Of a stretch of DNA of 64,000 nucleotides, positions 9,056-17,661 are shown piece after piece. The DNA lies in contig OY761612.1 in assembly GCA_963664805.2 (NCBI GenBank), positions 1,288,368 through 1,352,367 on the forward strand. The letters run 5' to 3'. Every line of letters starts with the position of its first letter. Within the stretch, counting starts at the first letter, position 1. The translations under genes and the position numbers were made by a program. The notes beneath the pieces were generated by a model. The model saw nothing but the letters and a program-made list of their open reading frames with translations. It had not been told where the DNA came from and ran no database searches. The DNA comes from Pseudomonadales bacterium (GTDB lineage: Bacteria > Pseudomonadota > Gammaproteobacteria > Pseudomonadales > Pseudohongiellaceae).

Positions 9056-9469
9056 TTATTCCGGGCACGGATAAGATCCCGCTAAGCCCACGAATAGAGC
9101 CATCCTCGCGGATTGGTCAATCAATTCTGGGCGCAATGCAATATATTCCAAGACGGTATAAAACATGTCATTTATCGGTGCCTCTAATGCCTCCACAGGC
9201 GGGCAAGCGAAGTTTATCGGTTGGTCTACTCCGAGTTGCTGAGCCAAAGCAATTCCCGCTGCGCGTTGTCCCTCAAAAAACCCGCGAAAATATGCAATGG
9301 ATTCATCTGCACAATCCACTCGCAGCAGGTCAAACGTATCGTAAATATCAATACAGAGGCTGCCTGCAGGCGCAGTTGGTTGTTCTTGAGACATAGCCGG
9401 AGCACTGCAAGCCTGCAGAAACACCAGCAAGACGATCAGCACGGTAGAATTGGTCCAGTTCGTTTTCAT
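9056..9469 (-). CDS. Putative lipoprotein of unknown function
   Basis: 137-aa ORF in a lower-GC patch. Signal peptide with lipobox: MKTNWTNSTVLIVLLVFLQAC. No obvious RBS. Confidence 0.45.
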   Translation of the reverse strand: MKTNWTNSTVLIVLLVFLQACSAPAMSQEQPTAPAGSLCIDIYDTFDLLRVDCADESIAYFRGFFEGQRAAGIALAQQLGVDQPINFACPPVEALEAPINDMFYTVLEYIALRPELIDQSARMALFVGLAGSYPCPE

Positions 9470-9550
9470 GGCCCGGATCGTATCAGGCCATTACCGCTGT
9501 TGCCAAGATAAAGATAACTATACAACCCCTCTCAAAAAGCGATGCTATTC

Positions 9551-9565
9551 GTCGGCTACGCCGAC
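9551..9565 (-). terminator. Weak candidate terminator hairpin after the NosR-like gene
   Basis: gtcggc-tac-gccgac lies 7 nt past the stop codon on the minus strand. A TTTTT run follows only after about 12 nt, so the intrinsic-terminator signature is weak. Confidence 0.3.
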
Positions 9566-9571
9566 CGGGCC

Positions 9572-11551
9572 TCACCCCACTGCAATCAGTTCCGGATGCT
9601 TGATTCTTGAGCGGACTTCTTCCACCGGGTGCTTGCACACGCCGGCCTTGTGGATGAGTTTGCTTTCGCAATCGTCGCAGCGCACGCATTCCTTGAAATC
9701 GATCTTCGGGCCTTCGATGGCGCCGGTGGGGCAGGAATGCTCGCAGACCTTGCAATAGAGGCATTGCCGTACGCGCTTGATGCGTAAAGGCGAGATCAGC
9801 GAAACCACGCCGAGGGCGGCGCCCAGCGGGCAGGCATAGCGGCAATAGAAGCGGCTGATGAAGACTGAGCCCGCAAGGAAGCCGAACAGGATCACCCAGA
9901 GCCAGACCGACTGGCTGAAATAGAAGATCGTGCCGAATGGCTCGAAATACTGGAACAGGCTCAGGTCGGCCCAGGCCACCGCCATCAGCAGCAGAAAGCC
10001 CAGCACGGCGTACTTGATGTAAATCGCGGCGTTGTGGATGGCGCGCGGCAGTTCCTTCTGGAAGTGCCGCGGCAGGAAGCGGCTGATAACGTCCTGCAAT
10101 GCGCCGAAGGGACATAGCGAGGAGCAGAACACCCTGCCCCAGAACAGCGTAGTCGCCACCGTGAATACGACGATGATCAAGGTCGGCAGGTCGGTCAGGA
10201 ACATCGACGGGCCCTGCTTGACGAAATTGGTGATGTGCGAAACCGACAGGAAGCCGCCGTCGATCCAGCCGAGCCAGACCAGGGTGAAGGCGAGCGTGGT
10301 CCAGCGCAGTGTCGAATTCTTGGTGGCGAAGCTGATGCTCACAAGGGCTAGCAGGAAGAGCAATGCGCTGGTCTGCATCGGCGGCGCGGTCTGTATCAGG
10401 TAGGCGATCCGGCTCGTATCCGTCGTCAGCGCGATGTCGTCTTCGTCGAATACGCTGAATTCCGGCGGCAGCTCCGTGCCCTGGGCCAACGCCAGCGGCA
10501 GTGAAGGCACCTGGTATTCAAGGCTTGCCACGTAGCCGAATTGCGCCAACTGGTCGCTGAGGTCGTAATGCACGGTGAACGGCTGGGAGATATCGATGCG
10601 ATCGTCGAGCACCATGGCGCCGGCGAAGCGCACTTGATCGGCGATCTTGCCGTTGTCGGCGCTGCCGACGTAAACGAAGCGCCGCCGTTCGAGCCGCATG
10701 AACTCGCCGTTCTGCTCCACCGCCAGCCGCTCCTGCCTGAATGGCATGCTCGAATTTCCGTCGATGCCCATGAGCACGAGATTGCCGTCGCGCACCCGGG
10801 CGCTGGCTTCGCGTTCGGCGCGGGAGTAGTCGTCGGCGCCGACGAGCAGTTCGCCGAGTCCGTCATGGGCCATGAAGGCGACTTCCAGATGCAATATCGT
10901 GCCATCGGCCATTTCGACGTCGAGTTCGCGCACGAGGCCGTCGGCCTTGAAGTCGTCCCAGCTTTTGCCTTCCAGGAACTGCAGCGCGCGGCCGTCGGCG
11001 TTTGTTGAGCGCGCGTAATCGGTGTCCGGCAGGTGTTCGAGCGCGACCCTGCGCGCGGCGTTGCGGATGCCCCGGGCGACCGCCCAGGCGGTAATCGTGG
11101 CGCGGGAGATGCCGTCGACGTCGCGTCCTACGCGGAATCCCTCGCTGATTTCCATGCCTGAAAACTGCTGGGGAAAACCTTCGGAGTTGATGAAATCGCC
11201 GCGAATGCTCTTGTAGGACTCGGTGTAATGGACGATTTCGAGTCCGGTGACCGTGCCTTCGGTATCCATGCCGACGAGCATGTCGATGGGCGCGCTATAG
11301 CCGATTTCCTCGGGCGGCAGATCCGGCGTGAAAAAGACGTAACCGGCGAGTTCGGCCTCGGGCCCGGAACCCATGTAGCCCGCGTAAATCGGCAGGGTGC
11401 TTTCTGCCGGTTCGAAACTGCTCGCTCCGGGAAGCACCCGGCGCATGAGTTCGGCGTCGATATCGGCCAGGGTATTCGGCTGGGCGAACGCGCCCGAAAC
11501 AAGAGCCAGCAGCGCGGCAGCGAGCGCAATTTGCCCGCGCCATGCCGCCAT
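9572..11551 (-). CDS. NosR/NirI-family membrane protein: periplasmic FMN-binding domain, transmembrane segments and Cys-rich 4Fe-4S motifs
   Basis: Trimmed to ATG 11551 (MAAWRGQIALAAALLALVSGAFAQ signal). FMN_bind-like flavinylation motif VDGISRATITAW. Membrane Cys motifs CSSLCPFGALQD and CRYACPLGA. Ferredoxin motif CLYCKVCEHSCPTG plus CVRCDDCES. The start overlaps the stop of the upstream ligase gene (TGATG). Confidence 0.7.
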   Translation of the reverse strand: MAAWRGQIALAAALLALVSGAFAQPNTLADIDAELMRRVLPGASSFEPAESTLPIYAGYMGSGPEAELAGYVFFTPDLPPEEIGYSAPIDMLVGMDTEGTVTGLEIVHYTESYKSIRGDFINSEGFPQQFSGMEISEGFRVGRDVDGISRATITAWAVARGIRNAARRVALEHLPDTDYARSTNADGRALQFLEGKSWDDFKADGLVRELDVEMADGTILHLEVAFMAHDGLGELLVGADDYSRAEREASARVRDGNLVLMGIDGNSSMPFRQERLAVEQNGEFMRLERRRFVYVGSADNGKIADQVRFAGAMVLDDRIDISQPFTVHYDLSDQLAQFGYVASLEYQVPSLPLALAQGTELPPEFSVFDEDDIALTTDTSRIAYLIQTAPPMQTSALLFLLALVSISFATKNSTLRWTTLAFTLVWLGWIDGGFLSVSHITNFVKQGPSMFLTDLPTLIIVVFTVATTLFWGRVFCSSLCPFGALQDVISRFLPRHFQKELPRAIHNAAIYIKYAVLGFLLLMAVAWADLSLFQYFEPFGTIFYFSQSVWLWVILFGFLAGSVFISRFYCRYACPLGAALGVVSLISPLRIKRVRQCLYCKVCEHSCPTGAIEGPKIDFKECVRCDDCESKLIHKAGVCKHPVEEVRSRIKHPELIAVG

Positions 11552-12690
11552 CACGCCGCGAGTCCCTCGCAAGTCTCTTCGATGAGGGCGTCCACTACGG
11601 CAACCAGCGCTTCTTCCTCGCTGTCGCCTTCGAGCCGCCGCAGCCGGTACAGGTCGATCTGCCGGTCGGCGCTGGAACCGTTCCTGATGATTTCGTGGAC
11701 GTGGTTCAACTCGGCTTCGCAACCCAGCGCCGCGGCGTCTTCGGCGAGTTCTCCCGTCAGCCATTCCGCAATATCGCCGATATCCCTGCGATCCTTGCCC
11801 AGCGGGGAACCGAGAATCGCGAACACGCCATAACGCTGCGCCAGCCAGCGGTTCTCGGCGATGATTTCGGTCGGCGGCTCGGGCGGCAGCGAGTCCCTGT
11901 TGCGCATCAGCCAGCGCACCAGGCAAGCGTACAACGCGACCAGGGTCATGGTTTCCTCGACGCGGGTGCCGACGTCGCAGATGCGCATTTCAATCGTGGG
12001 ATACTTCTGCGACGGGCGTATGTCCCACCAGAGCTCGCTGCCGTCGCGCACGAAATCCATTTCCCGATAGTCATCCAGCAACTTGTCGTAGTCGGCTTGC
12101 GAATACAGCGCTCCCGGTACGCTGGTGCGCGGCAGGGCGCCCAGCAGATTCAGCCGGTAAGACTTGAAGCCGGTCATCCGCCCTTCGGTGAACGGCGAAG
12201 AAGTGGACAGCGCGTGCAACAGCGGCAGATAGCGCCGCAGCGCCGTCATTACCCGAATGCGGTCGTCGGCGTCGCCGAAACCGGCGTGAACGTGCAGGCC
12301 GCCGTTCACGGAGCGGCGCATGCTTTCCTGGAAGATCACCGCGAAGTGGCGGTAGCGGTCCCCCTCCGTGGGCATTTGTTCTTGCCAGCGTCCGAAAGGA
12401 TGCGTCGACACGGCAATCACCTTCGCGCCGTGTTGCCTGGCCGCATCCGCCACGAGCTTGCGCGTCTCAAGCAGGGCCCGGCGCACTTCAGCTACCGAGT
12501 TGCATACTCGGGTATTGGCTTCGATCTGCGAGCGGAGAAACTCGTGAACCACCTTGTGCGGGCCCGCGTTTCGTTCACATAGCTCGAAGATTTCCGGCGC
12601 CGGGTCAGCCAGCAGATCGCGGCTGGCGGCGTCCACCAGAAAAAATTCCTCCTCGACGCCGAGGGTGATTTCAAGATTGTCCATATCCAT
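11551..12690 (-). CDS. Carboxylate-amine ligase, YbdK / glutamate-cysteine ligase family 2 type
   Basis: Trimmed from the 610-aa ORF to MDMDNLEITLGVEEEFFLVD.... The GVEEEFF N-terminus and about 379-aa length are typical of GCS2/YbdK. AAGGA lies immediately upstream, so the second ATG at 12684 may be the true start. Confidence 0.7.
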   Translation of the reverse strand: MDMDNLEITLGVEEEFFLVDAASRDLLADPAPEIFELCERNAGPHKVVHEFLRSQIEANTRVCNSVAEVRRALLETRKLVADAARQHGAKVIAVSTHPFGRWQEQMPTEGDRYRHFAVIFQESMRRSVNGGLHVHAGFGDADDRIRVMTALRRYLPLLHALSTSSPFTEGRMTGFKSYRLNLLGALPRTSVPGALYSQADYDKLLDDYREMDFVRDGSELWWDIRPSQKYPTIEMRICDVGTRVEETMTLVALYACLVRWLMRNRDSLPPEPPTEIIAENRWLAQRYGVFAILGSPLGKDRRDIGDIAEWLTGELAEDAAALGCEAELNHVHEIIRNGSSADRQIDLYRLRRLEGDSEEEALVAVVDALIEETCEGLAA

Positions 12691-12704
12691 TCCTTGATAT
12701 CGAA

Positions 12705-13994
12705 TCAGGCTCGTGCCGGAGCTTGCAGAATACCGGTTTCGTTTTCGGACTTGCCGATTACGACGGCGCCGCAGGAATCCGAGAATATGTTGATCGAAGT
12801 CCTGAACATGTCGAGTACGCGGTCCGTCACGAGCAGCAGTCCGATCGCTTCGATCGGCAGGCCGATTGCGGTCAGAATCACCGCGATCGCCACGAGGCTG
12901 GCGGCGGGAATACCGGCGACGCCGATCGAGGTCAGCAGTGCGATCAGCACCACGGTGAACTGCGTGCCGAAGGTCATGTCGAGCCCGTAGGCCTGGGCGA
13001 TGAAGATCGCCGCGACGCATTCGTAAAGCGCCGTGCCGTCCATGTTGATCGTGGCGCCAAGCGGCAGGCAGAAACTCGTCACGCGGTCCGAAACCCCCGC
13101 ATTTTCCCTGGTGCAGCGTACGGTCAGCGGCAAGGTGCCGGAAGACGATGCCGTGGAAAACGCGGTCAGAATCGCCGGCGCCATTGCCTGGAAGTGCAGG
13201 AAGGGATTGACCTTGGCCAGGTATTTGAGCATCAGCGGCAAGGTCACGAAAACGTGGAACGAAAGCGCGAGCACCACCGTGATGAAGAATCTGAGCAAGG
13301 GCTCGAAGGCGCCGAATCCGGTCGAGGCCACGGTTTCCGCCACCAGGCCGAATACGCCGATGGGCGCGAAGCTCATGATCCACATGGTGATCTTCATCAT
13401 GGTTTCGTAAACGCCGGTCCAGAAGCTGAGCATGGTTTCTCTTGGGCCTTCCGGAATGCGCGACATGAAGAAGCCAAAGACCAGGCTGAAGAAAATCAGC
13501 CCGAGCATTTCGCCTTGCGCCGCCGCGTTGACGATATTGGTCGGCACCATGCGCAGGAAGATGTTGACGATGTCGCCGCCGCCGCGACCTTCGACGACCG
13601 CCATGGTCGAGGCGAGTTCACCGCCGTCGACGGTCAGGTTGAGCGCGCCGCCGGCGGGTTGGCCGTTGATTATTCCCGGCGCCATCAGGTTGACGAAGAA
13701 AAGCCCCACGAGAATCGACAATGTGCTCGTGGTGGCGTAGTAGAGGAAGGTTTTTCCGCCTAGCCGACCGAGGTCCGAACCGCTGCCGAGCTTGGCGATG
13801 CTGACGATGATCGAAGACATGATCAGCGGCACGACAATCATGAGCAGGCCATTGAGGAACAATGTGCCGAGGAAGTCGTAGATCCCGTAGAAGGTGACCC
13901 CGAGAAAACCCGTTTCCGTGCCGGTAATCGCTCCCATGATCACCGCCAGCGCGATCGCGATCAGAATCTGCCAGTGAAGTTTCAACTTGCGCAT
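12705..13994 (-). CDS. Dicarboxylate/amino acid:cation symporter (DAACS family)
   Basis: Trimmed from the 634-aa ORF to MRKLKLHWQILIAIALAVIMGAITG, with AAGGGGA upstream. It is polytopic, with typical DAACS segments (SSSGTLPLT, GATINMDGTALYE). The upstream 200-codon extension is Arg/Pro/Gly-rich and not protein-like. Confidence 0.75.
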   Translation of the reverse strand: MRKLKLHWQILIAIALAVIMGAITGTETGFLGVTFYGIYDFLGTLFLNGLLMIVVPLIMSSIIVSIAKLGSGSDLGRLGGKTFLYYATTSTLSILVGLFFVNLMAPGIINGQPAGGALNLTVDGGELASTMAVVEGRGGGDIVNIFLRMVPTNIVNAAAQGEMLGLIFFSLVFGFFMSRIPEGPRETMLSFWTGVYETMMKITMWIMSFAPIGVFGLVAETVASTGFGAFEPLLRFFITVVLALSFHVFVTLPLMLKYLAKVNPFLHFQAMAPAILTAFSTASSSGTLPLTVRCTRENAGVSDRVTSFCLPLGATINMDGTALYECVAAIFIAQAYGLDMTFGTQFTVVLIALLTSIGVAGIPAASLVAIAVILTAIGLPIEAIGLLLVTDRVLDMFRTSINIFSDSCGAVVIGKSENETGILQAPARA

Positions 13995-14477
13995 TCTTTT
14001 CCCCTTGAAGTTCGCCGCCGTTGAAGCCGGCCGTACGCCGCAACTGGATTCGTCCCGGCAGAATGCAGCGATGATACTTGAGACCCGGTGACATGCACAG
14101 CCCCGACCCGACGAGGCAGCAATTCTCATTTTAGCGGTTACATGTATCTTGCTCCGTGGTTTCGGCTTTGTTTCGACGAACGGGATTGGTTTTCGAGGTT
14201 CCAGCGGCTGGAGCGGCGCGCTCGCAGTCCTGTTTGTCGTGTCCTTCCCGTGGCGCGGGGAACTCCGACGGCAACGGCAGGGCCGGATTTCGTCCTGGCG
14301 CGAACAGGGTGGTGGCGAGCGCACGAATACGCCGCCATCTCCATCGTCCGCCCGCACGGCTGATTCCAGCATCAACCGCGGGCGCACGCCCGGCGGGGCT
14401 GCGCCCTCTGGAAGGTGCTCAGCACCGCCTGACCCAGACCCGGAAACGCTGGATCGGCCCGCGCCTGCCAAACCGAA

Positions 14478-14503
14478 CTGCGCCGGGACCGGTCCCGGCG
14501 CAG
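14478..14503. repeat. 26-bp perfect palindrome
   Basis: ctgcgccgggaccggtcccggcgcag sits inside a ~650-bp high-GC stretch with no convincing ORF. Confidence 0.8.
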
Positions 14504-14857
14504 CCGCTCCCACCCGCGGGACAACCGGAACCATCGAAACTGCAGGAAACAGCCCAAATCGCTCCACAGCTCGAACGCGGGCTAACCACGCAACAGTGAT
14601 GGCCAACAACCTATGTGACTATATGATCGCCTTGGCGAACCGCTTGACAGTCCTAAATCACATCCGGTAGCTTTGACAGTGCCATAGCAAGAGAAGCCCG
14701 ATAAGTCGGGTTACTCGCTGAATAGAATAGCCCCTTTCGACCCGACTAAGGGTAGCTCCCTCAAGTCCGGCAAATAGGCGAGATATCATTTTTCTCTTGG
14801 TATGGCAACGGCCCGACACCATGTCGGAAAAATGCCATTAACCAAGAGAAACGCACA

Positions 14858-15556
14858 ATGAAGCATAATCAATTCGTGGCAACTGCCGCAAAATGGGCCT
14901 TGGGGCTTTCACCTTTGGTCTTACTGGGCGTAGCTGTTTTGGCATTTAGCCAAGACAGGTACTCTTTTTTTCTTGCACCTACGCATTGGCATTGGGAAGA
15001 CTGTGCCACACCCTCGATAGTTTACGGAAATAGTCGTGCTAGGCTCATTGAAGAAGCAAGGCAGAGCAATCTTGCCAACGCGCCTCACAACCAGAGTATT
15101 CTCACCAACTTTGATGAAAACATGCAAGAACAGATCGAATCTTCCCCGGGATTTGGAGTCAGGTACACCGGAGGGAATGTAGTCATAATAGCAGTCCTTG
15201 CTTTTGCTGACGCCAAAGTAGTAACCAATGCAGTTCTCGAAACCATACGTAACTACGACCAACCCACAATCGAGAGGGCCATAAATGCCCACTTCGATGA
15301 GTTACACTTAGAAACGGAATCGTACTTGCGAGGACAAACCACACGTTGCGCAGAAGAGACAAATGATTTTCAAAGAAGAAACGACAGGAACAATGGGAAC
15401 GCTGACAGATTCGAAATCAGTTATGGTACAAGGTCGTTGGGTGTCAACAGTTGGATGGTTATACCGACAAGAACAATCATAAGGACTAGGACATGGGGTT
15501 ATGTACCGTCGCAAACTGACCTTGACGAATTACAACAAGAAAATGACGCTGGCTGA
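14858..15556 (+). CDS. Membrane-anchored protein of unknown function (low-GC islet)
   Basis: 232-aa ORF with one N-terminal hydrophobic segment (WALGLSPLVLLGVAVLAF). AT-rich codon usage differs from the core genes. Confidence 0.45.
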   Translation: MKHNQFVATAAKWALGLSPLVLLGVAVLAFSQDRYSFFLAPTHWHWEDCATPSIVYGNSRARLIEEARQSNLANAPHNQSILTNFDENMQEQIESSPGFGVRYTGGNVVIIAVLAFADAKVVTNAVLETIRNYDQPTIERAINAHFDELHLETESYLRGQTTRCAEETNDFQRRNDRNNGNADRFEISYGTRSLGVNSWMVIPTRTIIRTRTWGYVPSQTDLDELQQENDAG

Positions 15557-15581
15557 TAGGGCCACGAAAAGAGGTATCAAC

Positions 15582-16784
15582 ATGAAACTTGACAATACGA
15601 GTCACAATGCAAAACTACGAGCGGCACTCTCCGCTATTGCCTTGATAGCTGCAGCGGTACTCATACGGGAAGGTTTTGAACTTTCCAGAGAAGCCGATTC
15701 AGTCGGCAACCGGGAAATCCCGGCACTTGAAACGGATTGGAGAAACAACCCTCGCGCTCTACAAAATACACTGACGATTCAGGAAAACGCCCAATTTGCC
15801 GAACTTCAGCAAAGATACAGCTTTGAAGAATTGAATCATGTTTTCAATCCGCCAACATCCGATGAGCGAGAACAAGCTTTATTGGAAAATCCTCTCACTC
15901 CCTACGATCACGCCAACTTTCAATTTGATGGGGAATGGTCTGAATTCGTCGATAGTCTAAACCTAAGCCCAGAAGTTGCCCGACTTGTAAGGGATATTTG
16001 GGTTGAATCGGAGGCCAGATTTATCGAACTGGGCATCGCCGCGGGAAACGGCACACTTGAAACAGGAATCGCTGCCAAAGCACAAGAAGAAGTTAACAAC
16101 CGGCTTTATTCAAGACTCTACGAAATTCTGTCACCGGAACAATTGACGGCATTCCTTGATCACGAGGAACGCCTTCAAACCGATTTTCTTGCGTCTTCGG
16201 AAGCACTCCAGGAAGAACTTATCGACATGGGATATTCCGGCCTAATTCTGGCCGCAATCAAGAACGACTTGCCCACCACGCAAGCCTATCTGGCCTCGGG
16301 AATCAACCCAAACCGTTTTACATCGGACGGACTAAGCGCATTGCGTCAAGCCGCAATCAACAACAATCCGGAAATGTTGCGGGCACTGATCAACGCGGGT
16401 GCAGATGTCAACCTAGCAAAAATGCCCGGAAACATAAGCGCGATGTGGGACGCGGTAAATTACGGCAATACGGATGCGGCACGGTTACTTATCGAATACG
16501 GTGCCGACCCGAACCATCGGACCAACCCGGACAATCCATTGAGCGCACTACTGTCGTCTGCCGCGCGAAACGGACATACTGAAATGGTCCGCTTACTGCT
16601 GAACGCGGGCGCGGATGCTTCTGGCATTGCTGGAGAATCCGCGCTTGTAAATGCTATTGAATTCAGCGACCGTGAAATGGAGCAGATGCTAATTGATGCT
16701 GGCGCAAACGCACAAGCACCGCAAGTAACTGAAAGACGAGACCTCTTCAACTTGGGGCGCAGACTAGGATTAGTTGACGACTAA
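15582..16784 (+). CDS. Membrane-anchored ankyrin-repeat protein
   Basis: ATG 15582 is preceded by GAGGT. N-terminal anchor LRAALSAIALIAAAVLI. At least four ANK repeats are visible (LRQAAINNNPEMLRALINAGADVN; YGNTDAARLLIEYGADPN; ARNGHTEMVRLLLNAGADAS; EFSDREMEQMLIDAGANA). Confidence 0.7.
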   Translation: MKLDNTSHNAKLRAALSAIALIAAAVLIREGFELSREADSVGNREIPALETDWRNNPRALQNTLTIQENAQFAELQQRYSFEELNHVFNPPTSDEREQALLENPLTPYDHANFQFDGEWSEFVDSLNLSPEVARLVRDIWVESEARFIELGIAAGNGTLETGIAAKAQEEVNNRLYSRLYEILSPEQLTAFLDHEERLQTDFLASSEALQEELIDMGYSGLILAAIKNDLPTTQAYLASGINPNRFTSDGLSALRQAAINNNPEMLRALINAGADVNLAKMPGNISAMWDAVNYGNTDAARLLIEYGADPNHRTNPDNPLSALLSSAARNGHTEMVRLLLNAGADASGIAGESALVNAIEFSDREMEQMLIDAGANAQAPQVTERRDLFNLGRRLGLVDD

Positions 16785-17058
16785 CAATTCACAAACGCGC
16801 AGTTTTAAATCCGCCCTCGCTGGGCAGGTAGAAGGGTAGCCGGTGCAAGCTGGTCTGGTCTGCCGTTCTGCCGCTAGGCTATGAGTGAAAATGCGATGTA
16901 GACAACAATGGAGTCGAGATGCAGGTCGGAAGCTCCCTGAATCGCTCATCGATTCTTGTTGACATTGCTGAGAGGGCACCGATAACTCGGGACAGGGTGT
17001 CGCAGAGAGACCGGGGCCCGGAGAGATTGAAGAACAGGTAAGTGAAGACTACTACTCC

Positions 17059-17217
17059 CTAGCGAAACCGCAGCCTAACGCCCAAAACAGCCAGAACCAG
17101 CAGTACAGCGAGAATCTCAATACTCAGTCCAAAATTATCCAAGTCGACAATACCACTACGATCAGCAATGAAAATCCAAAAAAATCCAAAATAAACCAAC
17201 ATCAAGCGTTTTTTCAT
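17059..17217 (-). CDS. Possible 52-aa small membrane protein
   Basis: Below the ORF-track size cut-off. Sequence is MKKRLMLVYFGFFWIFIADRSGIVDLDNFGLSIEILAVLLVLAVLGVRLRFR, with GGAG about 11 nt upstream of the ATG. Two hydrophobic stretches. Confidence 0.3.
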   Translation of the reverse strand: MKKRLMLVYFGFFWIFIADRSGIVDLDNFGLSIEILAVLLVLAVLGVRLRFR

Positions 17218-17420
17218 CACAACAGACTCCGAATATTGCAGCTTAGCCCCGTATCCGGTTGCAACCGGTAGGCGTTAATCCGAGATAGCGACAGCGAACC
17301 GACCGGACGAATGAAGACGGAACGCGAGCTAAGGTTAGCATATAATCGACTTGTATGGCATACGAGTGTCGAAATCGCGCCAAGGATGGCATGCAGTACC
17401 TACCAGAATTCCAATACAAA

Positions 17421-17476
17421 GATGTATTCACGGCGTCTGCTGAACACAGCCCACCAGATGGCGACGGTTCGGAGCC
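17421..17476. repeat. Family A hairpin repeat, right half only (truncated copy)
   Basis: gatgtattcacggcgtctgctgaacacagcccaccagatggcgacggttcggagcc aligns with the right half of copies 1-3. The left arm and core are replaced by AT-rich islet DNA. Confidence 0.65.
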
Positions 17477-17550
17477 GCTTGCCGGGAGGGCGGATGCCCA
17501 CCAAAAATCAAAATGAGAATTGCTGCCGACGAGGCGTGATTCGCTCCACA

Positions 17551-17588
17551 GATTTTGCGACTCCGCTTCGCTTCGCGCAGAATGACGG
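17551..17588. repeat. Family B palindromic repeat
   Basis: gattttgcgactccgcttcgcttcgcgcagaatgacgg. Confidence 0.65.
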
Positions 17589-17661
17589 GAAAGCTGTGAT
17601 CCTGCACGCGATCGCAGGATCCCGTTGGTGCAATCTTTGACTTGATCCGCAGAGGCTGTTT

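Noticed and set aside
11552-11926. N-terminal extensions given by the ORF track for the NosR-like, ligase, DAACS, cytochrome and other genes. Examples are 9572-11926, 11551-13383, 12705-14609 and 33597-34439.
   Set aside because: The extensions overlap the upstream gene or non-coding DNA and have non-protein-like composition. Internal ATGs with an SD and a signal peptide, or the family-typical N-terminus, give normal protein lengths.
14149-14670. Plus-strand ORFs of 173 aa and 147 aa in the 13995-14640 gap, considered as genes.
   Set aside because: They are extremely Pro/Arg/Gly/Ala-rich with no motif, no RBS and overlapping alternative frames. The region is treated as non-coding or decayed (see finding).
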